Assembly: GCA_963693365.1 (NCBI GenBank)
Contig: CAVNZM010000003.1
Span: 9,546,782 to 9,610,781 of the forward strand
Reading direction: 5' to 3'
From: Amoebidium appalachense
Lineage: Eukaryota; Protista; Ichthyosporea
Length of the DNA stretch: 64,000 bases
Shown here in pieces: positions 12,787 through 27,316 of the stretch. The notes beneath the pieces were generated by a model, which was given only the letters and a program-made list of their open reading frames with translations, ran no database searches and was not told where the DNA came from. The first letter of the stretch is position 1, and the number at the start of each line of letters is the position of its first letter. The translations under genes were made by a program, and so were the position numbers.

Positions 12787-13259
12787 TTACGAAGTCCCTG
12801 GTCTTATCAAGTTGTTGACGCTGCTGCAAGAGTTAAACTTGTAACCGGCATGGCGCCGCCAAAAGAATTGGAACTGTGTAGCAATCGAGAAGAGCTCAAA
12901 GCTCTGGTTGATGGAGGCTTTACTGACAAAGGTGAGGTTAGTTGCAACCACAGTAACCCATCCTCCCCTCCGTATACAGACGTACGTATACAGACACACA
13001 CATACAAATGCACAGAAAGAGTGAGAGGAGTGGAGGGAGGGAGGGAGGGAGGGAGGGAGGTATGGGGGGAGGGAGGGAGGGACTCCGAGGGAGGGCTGGA
13101 GGGAGGGAGGGAGGGAGGGAGGGAGGGAGGGAGGGAGGGAGGAAGCCAAAGCGGAAGCGGAGGATGGGAGGGAGTGGGGGGGGGGGGGCAAGTGGAGGTG
13201 GAGTTGGGGGGGGGGGGGGGGGGGCGAGTGGAGAGAGCGAGAGAGGGGGGGGGGGGGGG

Positions 13260-13297
<38 letters not shown>

Positions 13298-13700
13298 AGC
13301 ATGCGTGCTTTGTGGTAGCTGTTGAACTTGCAGTCACCGGGACAACAAGCACAACAGTTGCACTTAGCTCTGTACCTTTGTCCATAAGAAAAAAAGAGCA
13401 TGTACCTTTTTATTCGATCACAACCTTCACGTCCTGACAAACCTACAAGCATTGTGTGTGGTGTGGTCGTGTGCACATGTAGCAAAAATAATCTTACACG
13501 CCGCCCTCATTTTGAGCACGCAGACACGTGGGTGTGTGTGTGTGTGGGTGTGTGTACACGTGTGTGTGTGTGTGGCGGTGTGTGTGTGTTCGTGCGCGCA
13601 TGCTTGTGTGTGTGTGGTGCACGCGAAGGTCACTACTTATGTGTGAGGGGGGAAAGAGGGGGGGGGGGGGGAGGGGGGAGGGGGGGGGGGGGGGGGGGGG

Positions 13701-13748
<48 letters not shown>

Positions 13749-14536
13749 GTCGATAACGAGAAGTCCAAGACTGAGGGCTGGGCACGGGGGGAAATAAACA
13801 ATAAGGAGGTCCAGATGGAAACAAGATGGGAATAAAGGAGGAACAGCACAAAGAATGGGGCGACGACCTTTTGTGCATGTAAGTGTTGTGTGTGTGTGTG
13901 TGTGTGTGTGTGACTGTGTGTGTGGTCGTGGTGGTGGTGGTGGTTGGGGGGGGGGGGGGGGGGGGGGGGGGGATTAAAAGGGTTAGAATGCCTTGTTTTT
14001 TTCATGACGGACAACATAAATCAGTCATTGCAAAATAAAGGGCACACACCACTTTGCCCGCTATCCACCCACCATACGCATGTGTGTGCAACGACAAGCA
14101 GCCAGGACTAGGAAGCATTGACATGTTAAAGAGACACGGGGGAAGTAAGAAACACCTGTGCATACGGCAAGCACTCGCACGTGTGTGGGCTATGACAGCC
14201 ATGCACACAAAAATTTTGCAAAAAGACAAATGCAAGAGCCAACACTATCTGTTGCAACTGCACACACGCACAAAGTGTTCAGACATTTCGAGAGCTAAAA
14301 GTTAGAACAGGACGTAGCCCAGTCAGACAGAATAAGAAAGCAGAAAAAGGTGGCAGGAGGGGAGAGAGTGGGGAGAAGGGGGGGGGGGGGGGGGGGGGGG
14401 GGAGAAGGGGAAGAGAGAGAGAGTCTCAGAGAGTAAGAGAGAGAGAGAGAGGGGGGGGGGGGGGGGAGGAGAGAGAGGGAGGGAGGGGGAGAGGGAGAGG
14501 GAGGGAGCGGGAGCGAGACGCGGGGTTGGTTGGGTG

Positions 14537-14574
<38 letters not shown>

Positions 14575-15801
14575 GGGCGGAGGGAGGGGGCGGGAAACAG
14601 AGACAGGGGAGGGGAGGAAGGGGGGGGGGGAAGGAAAGAGAGGGAGGAATGGACGGACGGACAGCAAGTGGGGGAACCTCAATATTCACAGAAGGGAGAG
14701 AGTGGGGGGGCATGGGGAGGGGGAGAGAGGGAGAGAGAGGGGGGGAGAGGGGGGGGGGGGGGATAGGAAAGAAGGAGGGAGTGCAAGAGGGACTCGGAGA
14801 GGAGGACAGGAGAGAAAGAGGGAGGGAGGGACAGAGAGCCGGGGGTGAAGGGGGGAGGGAGGGGAGGAGGAGGGAACGAGGGAGAGAGAGAGGGAGGGAG
14901 GGTGAGAGAGCGTGGTAGGGGGAGGGAGGGAGAGGGGAGGGGGGAGAGGGAGGAAGGGAGGCGTGGAAAGGGAGAGGGAGACAGAGAGGGATGGAGCAGG
15001 GAGGGGGAGGGGAGGGGCAGAAGGAGGGGGAGGGGGAGAGGAAGGAGGAGGGGGTTAGGGGGGGGGGCAGCGGTACAAAACCGACACTCACCATTATTAC
15101 TGTGGCTTAGTCGAGCATGCACGTATACCATGCAAGTCTGGTGGGCCAACTCTGGCCCCAGGCGTGAAACTAAAAACGGGCGTGAACTGTGTATCACGAC
15201 TAATGAGAGTTTGAGATGCCATTGTCTCCGGGCCATATTTAAGCTTCAAGTACAACATTCACACGCAAAAAGGTTGTTATTGCAAAAATGCCGAAATCTG
15301 CAAAATTGAAAAATAGAGAAAATAGAAAAATAGAGAGCAACGTTGCAATGACATAATGCGATTATTTGTCTAAATATCTCGTTTTATCCAGAAATTGTGA
15401 AAATACGACTGGGGAGAAATGCAAAATTGAGAAAAAGGAAAAGCGGAAATAGCCAGATTGATTTGCTCATTTCGGAATGGGATAGGCCAGGCCGTGAAGA
15501 GCTGCCGTGAAGCCGTTACCAAAGCCTCCCATACTGATAGCTAAAGGAGTGTTATATAGAAGGCTATGGCCGGCCCGGAGTGCTATAAGGGGGGTCTTAG
15601 CGTTACAGTACACATTCACTGTCGACGTCGGCAACTTGATGTTGGAAAAATGAGCACATACGAAGGTGGCGCGCGGATTTGGCAAAAAAAGTGGCACACA
15701 CGAATATGATGCATCATAAGAGTAGCCCATCCAGACGGAGGCATTCCGGTCCGAGTTAACACGGGAATCTAGCTTTCTTAGTGTGTGTGCTTGAGCACGT
15801 T

Positions 15802-15863
<62 letters not shown>

Positions 15864-16569
15864 TTGTGTGTGTGCACAAACGGTATGCAGGGGGGGAGGG
15901 GAGGGGAGGGGAGGGGAAGGGGAGATGTAAAAACACGCAGGAAGGGACATCAAAAAAAAGCCAAGCGGTTCTGGCGTTAGGGCTCTGCCAAACCTGGTGC
16001 CGTTTGTGTTGCCGGCCTTTGATCAATCATGATGATATGTCTTCCGAGTGTGCCTAATCAACGGATTGATTGTATGTATCTTGGATACTTCAAAAGGGTT
16101 TGCAGGAGAAGCGACAGCCTGGGTTGCGAACTCTCAGCTACTGTAATTATGCCTCGAATTATATACATCGCATGTGGAAAGGCACACAATAGAACATTGG
16201 AATATTGCAGTAAAGTGACGACTGACGATCGTTTAAGGTTGGTAAAAAGTTGGCGCGTTATCCACCTAGGCCCAGCACTATATGGTCATAAATAACTAAG
16301 GTTTGCTAGTGGCGTCATGACTTCCTTGGTCTCAGCCTAAAAAAACTCGAACAGACGTGTATATTCGGCTGAAAAGTACTCTGAAAAGTTGGGCGCTGCA
16401 GTGCCACACCAACCAAGTCCTCACACCAGAACCATATCCAAAAGCATATGTTCTGTTTTGACAAAGCCACCCCCCCTCTCCTCCCCCTCCAAAACCCCAC
16501 CCCCGAGTTGCTGTCCTGCTCCTTGCTCTCACCAACACGATGTGCAAAGGAAATTTTTGCCGCTAGCAT
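12787..16569 (-). other. Possible multi-exon gene divergent from EFTUD2 (structure unresolved)
   Basis: Repeat-free islands with plausible splice sites at ~16569-16533, ~16053-15994, ~15769-15660, ~15200-15091, ~13375-13305 and ~12922-12787. The first three splice in frame (MLAAKISFAHRVGTLGRHIIMIDQRPATQTAPDSRVNS...). No domain recognised. Confidence 0.25.
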
Positions 16570-17745
16570 CTGTCGCCTTTGAGCTTATTTGCCCATCTTA
16601 CGCCAATTGTCCCCGCCTTTCCCCACAAGTACGCCCTACGACTCTCGCTGCTATCTATATACACCTCAGTCTCGCTGCTATCTCTATACGCCTCAGTTGC
16701 TTAATACTATTTCTTCTCCCCGAGTGTCAATAACTATACCACTGAGCCAGCTGTGTTTTAAGAAAGTGGAGCAGAAGATGTGTATTAGCGAGCACAGGCA
16801 CACGTAAGGGGCAAAAGAAATGTAAGTTCTCGGACAATCCAACAAAAATGATATCCATTTAGATTGCATAAAGGGGCCGTGCCCAACATGTGTAGGTGTG
16901 TGTGCAGGTTTACTGTGCACCGTGTGTGTCCTCCGTGGCTGTGCACTCGTTTGCGCGAGTGGTTGTTAATGTAGCGCCTTCGGGGTTCTCGCCCGCAAGG
17001 TTTTGTGCGTATTGCGCACTTTTAACGCACGAGTTCGTGCGATACATAGCTATGGACGGTTGCTTAGGGTTTCAACTGCCTCTTTGAAAAGCCCATGATT
17101 TGTTACGGTGTGTGCACCTGTGTGCCTTGTGCGTGCGTGCGTGGGTGCCACACGTCCTTCGTATGTATACAGCTATGGTCTATGCGCTACCTTACACTAA
17201 ATATTGCTTGCTTTACCTTGTGCATTAAGGGTCCATTGCAAGCTCCAAAACGGCTCTCATTGAGCCGAAGCGGAAACGCGCGTTATCGAAGAACGTTGAC
17301 AAACTTCGTTTTTTTTTTTTTTTTTTGCAACGGCCGCTCTGACATGATTCATGCACTTCTATGCCCTAAGGACATCCTTATTTCTTGATGAGCATTGTAT
17401 AAAAAAACCACATAAATCTTAATTGACTGACTAAATAATAATCTAAAGTGTTTATAAACCAAACTGCGTTTACGAGGTCACACTTTCAACAGTATGAGAT
17501 ATCAGTTTTGGCTTTCCCTGGGGCCGCACATGTGACTTTTTTGGGGGTTTACGCAACAACCAGAGCACTGAAGCCCACACAACTCTTTTAGTTAGACTTC
17601 CCTCCTGTGTTGTTGTTTCTATACAGGCAGCATTTTCGCTTGCCTCCATTTATACCGCAGCGTGCCGTAGGACATAGCCCGGAAATAGGAGCTTTCCCCC
17701 TCCAACTCAGTCGTTTGCGCTTTCGCGTAAGGCACTTCTTACAAC

Positions 17746-19299
17746 ATGGATGGAGAGGATATGTATGACGAGTTTGGCAACTACATAGGGCCTGACCTAG
17801 ATGAGAGTGAGGATGATAGTGATGAGGAGCAGAATGAGATCGAGGCGGCATGGGAGGCGCAGCAGGAGCCACAGATACTCACCACGGCACCTATGGAACT
17901 GGAGGGTGTAACTGGTAGGTGGGGTTGGCGCGAGGGAGGGAGGAAGGGGGGAGGGGGAGGGCAGGAGGCGAAAGGGAGGGGTTACGCGAAAAAGTGAAGG
18001 GTTTGTCTTTGAAATCTCATTAGATTTGTAGAGAAAGGGCGAGATGGTTGGTAGGGAGTAGCGGGAGGAGGGGAGGGAAGGTGAGAGTGGGTGGAAGGGG
18101 CACCCAAGGGGCGCCAGTTAGTGTATGTGTGTGTGTGTATTACGCGCGGGGAGGCAGAGGGGGAGGGGGGGGGGGGGGGGGGAGGGGGAGGAGAGGCTGC
18201 GGTAGGGTGCATTCTTGGGGGGAAGGCGGTGTTCTTCTTGGTCATTCAGAGGCTTATGCTGTTCTTTTGAGCATAATTAAGCGTTCGGTGAGGGAGGGAG
18301 AAGGGTTACGAGCGTGTGCCTCCCCCACTATACCCCTGTCTCCCTCATTCCAGAAAACATGTGTTGCTAGACTTGGGTTCATCTTGGGTAGTGGTCGGCA
18401 ACTTATCCTTGTGTAATTTAGCAAGAACAATAATGTGTGGGGCACGAACGACGGTGCTTGTTGAAGAGCCGTGATGCGGACAAGTTGCATTGGCGCACGA
18501 CAGTGTGTATAGGAGTGTGTGTATCTGAGAAAGGGAGGGACGGGGGTTTTTGGGAGGGGAGGGCTGGGGGGCTGGGGGAAGCGCAAGTGCGCGCGCGTGT
18601 GTGTGTGTATGTTTGTGAAGGGAAAAAGGGAGTATGTGGAGGTGCTTGTGCAGGAAGGCGGTGTTTGCCGTAAACGTTCCCTGTTTCAATATCATTAACT
18701 GGGGGGTTTCCACGGGTTCAGAGGTCACGTCTACTGCTATTGTACTTCATGAGGACAAAAAGTATTACCCCACTGCCGAAGAAGTTTACGGTATGGCCCC
18801 CCCCCCCCCCTTCCCTCCCCCCCTGCCCCACCCCTCCACCGCTCCACGCTCTCCCTCTCGTTCCTCCTTCTCCACTCCTGCCCCTCTACCTCGCCTTTGG
18901 TTGTTCCCTGTTTCTGCTAGCTTCCTTCGCCCATTTTCCATCAGTGTGCACGTACGGATCGACATACTGATACATTTACGTGCAGCCCCCCTCCCCCCCC
19001 CCCCCCCCCCCACTCCCCCTCCCGACGCTCCCCGCGCCCCCGACAGTATCTGAGTTGGGTTTCGTTAACGAGGTGAATAGGTCGAAACTCGGGTACTGTG
19101 GATGACGTGGGGCCCCCCTGAGGATGGGCTCTGCTTATTATGCATACTCTTTATGTATGGCTTGCATTCTGCATCGTGTTATCCGTTTGTTCTTGTGTAC
19201 TTCGTACTTTTTGACGCATTCAAACCCCCCCCCTCCCCCCCCCTCCCCCTCCAAGGTTTTTACATACTCTGAAACACTGGTGCATCAAGAAGCAAGCAA

Positions 19300-19340
<41 letters not shown>

Positions 19341-20100
19341 GCCCACACACCGCCCACACACACACACCTCCACACCCGCACCCAGACCCCAGGCCTACAT
19401 GGCAACACACACAAGCACACGCATAAGCACACGCTAAATTACACAGACACACGCACACACATGCACCCACACAAACACACATGCACACATCCCCCCCCCC
19501 CCCCCCTCCCCCAGCGCCCACACATACATACATACACATGCACACACACACATACACACGCAGGTGTGTGGCCACACAGGCGCGCGCATAGTTCGGGCAA
19601 GTGCACATTTAAGCACACACACACCACCCAGGGGCGGGCACACGAACTACACACAGAATCATACCCATATACTCAGGCACACACACACATTCCCCACCCC
19701 CCCCCCCCCCCCCCATCCCCCGACCCCTCCTCTCCTCTACCCTTCACCCTCCCCGCTTCCTCCCACATCTGCTCCCCTCTCCCCCCTCTTCCTATGGTGC
19801 TCAATTCTCTCCCTTTTACCCCCCCCCCCCCCCCCCCCTCCCCCCTTCCACCCCTTCCCTCCGTGCTCCCTCTCCCTATTCAATCCCCCCCCCCCCCCCC
19901 CCCGGCCCTCCGCTTTCCTCCCCCTCTCCAAACTTCCCTTCCAAAAAACATTACAGGAGCGGATGTGGAGACCCTTGTTCAGGAGGAGGATACACAGCCG
20001 CTGACTGAGCCCATTGTGCTGACCAAAAAGAACAAAAAATGGAGCAAGCTGGAGCGGTCTTATCCAAACACCACATACAGCAAGGAGTATGTGTGCCTGT

Positions 20101-20146
<46 letters not shown>

Positions 20147-20162
20147 GGGGACGGAGGGGTCG

Positions 20163-20209
<47 letters not shown>

Positions 20210-20269
20210 GTGTGTGTTGTGTGTGTGTGCACGCTCACAAAGTGCATGTGTTTGTAAAGGCGCGCCTGC

Positions 20270-20314
<45 letters not shown>

Positions 20315-21500
20315 CGCGCTCGTGCTGCGTGCACTGAGTGTTTGTGGGCCGAGGGGCACGCACACCCATGCACTTGAATATCTGTTGATGTGTGTTCGTT
20401 TTACTGGTTTTTTGGGGGGGAGGAGCGGCATAGAAAGAGAGGAAGGGCTGGTGTACACGAGTTACCTCCCCCCTCTCCCTCCCCCCCCCCCCTCCCCCTT
20501 CCCCCCTCTTCACCCTCCGCGCCCGTTTCCCACCGGAGTAATTATCCTGGTCAGAACATGCATGCACACACGTGGTATGCACACACGTTTGCTGCACGCA
20601 CACAGCAACATCTACACATACACACATAGACCCACCACAAATACAGACCTACACTGTCACGGACACACTCATATCCGTGCATGCACGTGTCTGCGCACAT
20701 GCACACGAACACACAAATACATGCACATCACACATCACACGAGCACACATGCACGCACACGTACACACACACGCACACGTACACGTACACACACAGTCAC
20801 CCAGACACACGTACCAACCCCCCCCCCATACCGGCTCACATGAAGACACACGCACGCACAACCATACAGGCACGTCCAGGCACACACACACACACACACA
20901 TTCACCCCTCCCACCCCCCCCCCCCCCCCCCCCCCTCCATTCGCCCCCAACACACACATACGTACACTCACACACTCAACCTCCCACCCCTTTTTCCCCC
21001 TCCCCACTCAGCTACCCACACACACTCACAAACACACATACACACACACACACATACCCACACACACACACACAAACCTACCGGCACACCCACCCACCTA
21101 CCCCCCCCCCCCCCCACACACACACACACACCACCCTGGGACCCCCTCCCTCCCTCCTTGCCTCCCCCTCCCTCCCCCCCCCCCCCCCCAAATCCACACA
21201 TTCAACCCTCCGCCCCTCTCCCCCTCCTCCCTCCCTCCCCCCTTCCCGCGCCCCCCCCCTCCCCCCCCCCCCCCACCCACCCACCCACCCACCCACATAC
21301 ACACAGGTACCTTGCGGATCTAACAGACAATGGTGATCTTATTCGCAACGTAGCGTTTGTAGGCCATCTGCACCACGGCAAGACATGTCTTGTGGACTGT
21401 CTGGTCGAGCAGACACACGACATTGCATGGGCCACACGGGAGGACTTGGATGTATGCGCCCCCCCACACCCCCCCCCCCCCCCCACCACCACCACCACCA

Positions 21501-21543
<43 letters not shown>

Positions 21544-22055
21544 CACAGGCACAAACACACACACAAAAAAATAGCCAACAACATTGCCCTCCCCCCCCCC
21601 CCCCCCCCCCCCCCCGCCCTCCTTGGAGGATGCCCTTGTCGTTTTTCAATGCTCAACCTTCCATTGTTGCCAAACACTCTTAACACGTCATCCCCCCTCT
21701 CCCCCCTTGACCGCCCGCCCGCCCGCCTTCCAGCCTTCCCCGAACACCTCCCATTTCTCTTTCCGTCCCTCCATTTCCTCCCCTTTCCCCCCCCCCCCCC
21801 CCCCCCCCCCTTCATTTCACCTGCAGACGCGCTACACGGACTACCTTGTTACGGAGCAACAGAGAGGGTGCAGTATCAAGTGCACACCCATGACCCTATT
21901 GCTCGGGGACACCAACGATAAGTCTTACGTCATCAACGTGGTGGACACACCGGGTAAGGCTATGTTTTAAATTATTTGGTCATGTTTGGGTGTGAGTGAA
22001 TAGACGCTCGCATGGACGGATATCCGTGTATGTGCGTGTGTGTATGCGTGTGGGT

Positions 22056-22101
<46 letters not shown>

Positions 22102-22241
22102 AGGGGGGAGGGAGGGGGGGGGGGGGGGAGGGGGATGGATAGGTGGGGTGTATGGGGGATAGATTTGAAATGAAGGATGTCTGAGGGTATGCGTGTGCAT
22201 GTGTGGGGAGGGGAGGGGGGAGGATATGTGTGTGTGTGTGG

Positions 22242-22274
<33 letters not shown>

Positions 22275-24024
22275 AGGCGGGTGTGTGTGTGTGTGGGGGG
22301 GGGGGGGGTTAGAGAAGGAGGGGAGGGCAGTTGCATCTGTTTAAGTGAGGCTAACCAGAACAGGACTAGGGGTCTTCCCTGTTGGAATTGGATACATCAG
22401 GCATGGTACCTATCGTTCGTTTCTTTTTGTTGGTTTGGGTGGTTTTGGGGTTGAAGGAGGAGGGGTGGGAGGCGGGAGGCAATGCGGGGTTGGGTGGGTG
22501 GGGTGGGGTGGGGGCCGGGGGAGGGGGGGGGGAGGGGAGGGGGGGGGGAAGAGGGGGGGGAGAGAGAGAGAGAGAGGCACACGCGCCGTGTGGATGGGGT
22601 TAGGGGGTGGTTTGTATCATGCGCACATGGCCTGATGATCACGTGTTCCCCCCCAACAGGGCACGTGAATTTCTCTGATGAGGCGACGGCTGCTCTGCGC
22701 CTGTGCGATGGTGCAGTTGTAGTCGTGGATGCTGTGGAAGGGGTACTGCAACCTCCCTTCCTCCCCCCCCCCCCCCTCCCCACCCTCCCTCCCTCCCTTC
22801 CCTCCCCCCCCCCCCCCCCCCCCCCCCTCCCTCCCTTCCTTTCTCCCTCCCTTCCTACTCCTCCCCCCCCCTCCCCTTCCCTTTTGCTACTCGTAATGGG
22901 CTCTGCTTATTATGCATACTCTTTTCTGTGCTTTGCACTCTGCATTTTTTTCTTGAGTGATGAATGTGTACTTTGGACCCCGTAACACATTCTTTACCCT
23001 CTCCCTCCTCCCCACCTGATGATGGTGTCTCTTTCGGTATCATCTGCGTTCACCTGTTTCTTTCTGTGTGGCTTTTTTCTATGCATCCATGGTCACCTAC
23101 CTCTAATGCATGTAACCCCCCTCCCCCCCCCTCTATCACCCGTACACCCATACACCCAATCGCGCGCACACACACGCATGAACATCTGTGCATGCACTCA
23201 CCCATGTCCGCGCACACTACAGACACGCATGCACACACACATACACACTTCCTCACTTACACACACACACATACACATTCACGTTTCAATATGTACATCG
23301 GTGACGATAACTTTTCCTGCGGTGTGTTCGTGCGTTGGTGTCGGTGTGTGTGATTGATGTGAACGGGTGCTCTGTGCGCGTGTGCATGTGTGCTTGTGTG
23401 TTTGTCCTTTTGCACGTGCAGCCAGCCTACTTACACGTGGATGGGCCGATATCAGCTGAAGTTGATAACAAAATACGTAGCTGATTCTCCCGAGTGGTTT
23501 GGCCGATATCAGGTGAAGATTAATGGAAAATACGTAGCTGATACTTACGCGTGATTGGTTTGATATCAGGTGATGCTCAACACCGAGCGCATGCTTAAGC
23601 ACGTGGTGTCCCTGGGCCTACCGCTCATGCTGTGCATCAATAAGGTCGACCGTCTGATACTCGAGCTGAAACTGCCCCCCACAGGTGTGTGCGTGTACCG
23701 TGTGTGTGTGGGGGGGGGGGAGAGGGGGTGGGGGGAGGGGCGGGCTGGGGGGAGGGGGAGGGGTGGGGAGGGGGGAGGTGGAGGTGGATGGGGGGTGCAT
23801 GTGTTCATGTGGGCACGCGTAGGTGTGGCTGTATGTGCGTGTAGATGGGTGGCTGAGTGGGTCGTTTGGAGTGGGTGCGGGGGTGCGAGTGGTGGCGTTG
23901 GTGAGTGGGTGGGTGGAGACAGAAATCGGGAGAATGGGGAGTGGGATGCGGGGGGAGGGGAGAGGGGCGGGGGGGATGGAGGCATCTACAGCGCACACCT
24001 GTGTATGGTGGTGGTGGTGGTGGT

Positions 24025-24091
<67 letters not shown>

Positions 24092-24837
24092 GTGCGTGCA
24101 TACCCTTCCTTCATTTCCCCCTCCCTTGGTTGTGTATTGACATGGCCTGACAGATGCCTACCACAAGCTAAGACATACCATCGATGAAGTCAACGGAATT
24201 TTGGCGTAAGAACCCCCCCCCCCCTCCCCCCCCCCCCCTGGGGACATCCCTCTCTTCCCACCGCCCCCGCCGGGCGGCCTACATCCTTCCCTTGCTCTGT
24301 CACCACTAACTTATTGTGTTGTCTGTCTCTACCCTAGTGATTGCAAGACGGGATTTTTGCTAGCTGGCATACACAGATTCGTGCACGTTGTATTATATGC
24401 ACTCGAAAACACACGCACCCACTTGCACACACTTGTAAGGTGAAGGAACCTACTTATCATATGCACTCGAAAACACACGCACCCACTTGCACACACTTGT
24501 AAGGTGAAGGAACCTACTTATCATATGCACTCGAAAACACACACACCCATTTGCACACACTTGTAAGGTGAAGGAACCTACTGACACCGGGTGTAGGCCC
24601 GTGCTTCGCCGCTCTTTGGCAAAGAAGAGTATTTGCCCAGTAGTGTGCAATGTGTTGAGCAACTTGTAAAAGGGACTCCCTCATGCATTGCCACGCTCAC
24701 GTCTTGCACTGACATGTACATGCACACACACACACACATACACACACAACACCTATGCGCGCAGGCGCTGGCATGCACAGAAACGCATACACACAACATG
24801 CGTACACAGATACACACAGCATCTATGAAAGAACACA

Positions 24838-24913
<76 letters not shown>

Positions 24914-24923
24914 CGTACACACA

Positions 24924-24981
<58 letters not shown>

Positions 24982-25114
24982 CTGTGCTCGTCTGGTGAGC
25001 AGGACTACTTTGTGTCGCCGTTGCTAGGCAACGTACTGTTTGCAAGTGCAACCAGTAGCTGGTCATTCACCATCCAATCATTTGCGAAGCTCTACGCTGA
25101 GTCCTTTGGTTAGT

Positions 25115-25162
<48 letters not shown>

Positions 25163-25219
25163 AAAAAAAAAAAAGAAAAAGAAAGAAGAAAGAAAAGAAG
25201 AAAAGTAAGAAAGAAACAG

Positions 25220-25253
<34 letters not shown>

Positions 25254-26674
25254 AGGGATGATGGAGAGAGAATGGATGTGGGTTGACTTGCTACTGCCGT
25301 TGAAGCGAAGGATGCGCTTGAAACCATGCCCCTATATTAGAGGTGAAAGAGTCGAAGCCCGTACTCTTGTTTATGCACCGGGAACCTTGTTCTTTGTGAA
25401 CGTATTAGTTTCTTCTTTTGTGTTTTATCTTTGTGGTGTAAGGCGTCTTTTCTTACAGGACTGACCCCCTCTCATGCATACACATCCCCCCCCCCCCCCC
25501 TCCCCGGTGAATGGGGACGAAATTCGGGTACTGTGGATGACGTGGGCCCCCCCTGAGGATGAGCTCTGCTTATTATGCATAATATTATATGAATGGTTTG
25601 CACTCTGCATCCTGTTATCCGTTGTTCATGTGTACTTCGTACCTTATGGCACATTCAAACCCCCTTCCCCCCCCCCCCCCCCCCCTTGACGTTGCGCCAC
25701 CAGTCTCGATGGCTTTTGGAGAGTGCACATATTCTGCTCCATGAGAGAATAGGGGGGGGGGGGGGGGGGGGGGGGTCTGGGCTTGGGTTAATGTTCAAAA
25801 CGGAATCCCTGCTGCTTGGATGCGGATATTCCGGGATCATGAAGTCAGTAACACAGATACGAAAGACCGGAAATGCCGTTTTTTTTTTCTCTGTGTTTGA
25901 TTTGCTTCTTATTGCACCCCTTTGGCCCATTTTTTCTTGTTGAATCATATAGTTCACCACTACCACGTGCAGTGTATACAATAAACTAATTCTTTTGTGT
26001 GTTCGGTGAAATTCAATTAACGAATTGAAATTTTCAGGTGGGGGTTTGGACCACAAGGAGTTTGCCAAGAGGCTCTGGGGTGACGTGTATTTCAACCCCC
26101 AGAAGCGAACTTTCTCCAAAAAACCCACCGGCACAGCGTCCAAGCGCACATTCGTCGAATTCGTGCTCGAGCCCATCTACAAAATTTACTCACAGGTGTG
26201 TAGAGACACCCCTCCTCCCCTCTCCACCCCAACACCATCACACACACACACACACACACACCCGTCACTGCCTGAACATACTACACACCACAGCATTTGT
26301 ACCTGCATGCTCTGCTCATGCATGCGCAAGAGTGTTTGTCGGGTGGCATTTGCTTCACTGAGACTGGTGTGGACTTTTGTGATTACTCCCCCCCCCCCCC
26401 CCCCCCCCCCCTCCCCCCGCCTCCTTCAAATACCCACAGATGCACGCACGTAAAGATACACGTACAGAGGTGCACATACACACACACACACTTGCTCTCT
26501 CTTTCACACGTACACACACATGACGTGCATACACACAATGTCTCTCTCTTTCTTACACGTACACACGCATGAATCCACACAGGTAGTTCAAACACGTACA
26601 CACACAACCGAGTGGGCAATAAGAGAACACATCCGTGCACACACAGACACACACACACATACACGTGGCAGGTT

Positions 26675-26753
<79 letters not shown>

Positions 26754-26915
26754 ATAGGCACATACGCGCATACACACGTCCACGACAGGTGTGGAAAAAC
26801 ACAAACTCACATGTCGGCTCGTTCACCACACCCATGCACGTTCACTCACACCCGCACATACACACAGACACACAGGCATCACACACACACACACACACAC
26901 ACAGACACCCACACA

Positions 26916-26969
<54 letters not shown>

Positions 26970-27126
26970 CATCCACACACACGCACACACACGCTTACAC
27001 GTACACGTACAGGTTGTGGGTGACGTCGACACGACCATGGTGTCCACACTTGAAGAGTTGGGCATCCACCTGAGTGGTGCGGAAAAGGATATGAACGTGC
27101 GGCCGCTACTAAAAGTGGTACGTGCA

Positions 27127-27161
<35 letters not shown>

Positions 27162-27282
27162 GCAAAACATGGTGCACACGCACGTGATAATAACGTGTTT
27201 TTGTGGAGAAATGTGTGCCTGTGGCGTTGGCGTTGGCAGATGGTATTTTGTTGGGGTGAGGTGAGGAATGGGGTGTGTATGT

Positions 27283-27316
<34 letters not shown>

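Noticed and set aside
19255-19300. ETLVHQE peptide resembling exon 3 ETLVQEE (possible ghost exon)
   Set aside because: Nucleotide similarity is too short and weak to separate from chance.
24395-24582. Regularly spaced repeats (also 28705-28850 and 57951-58128) as a CRISPR array
   Set aside because: Units are wholly repeated with no unique spacers, there are no cas genes, and the context is eukaryotic.
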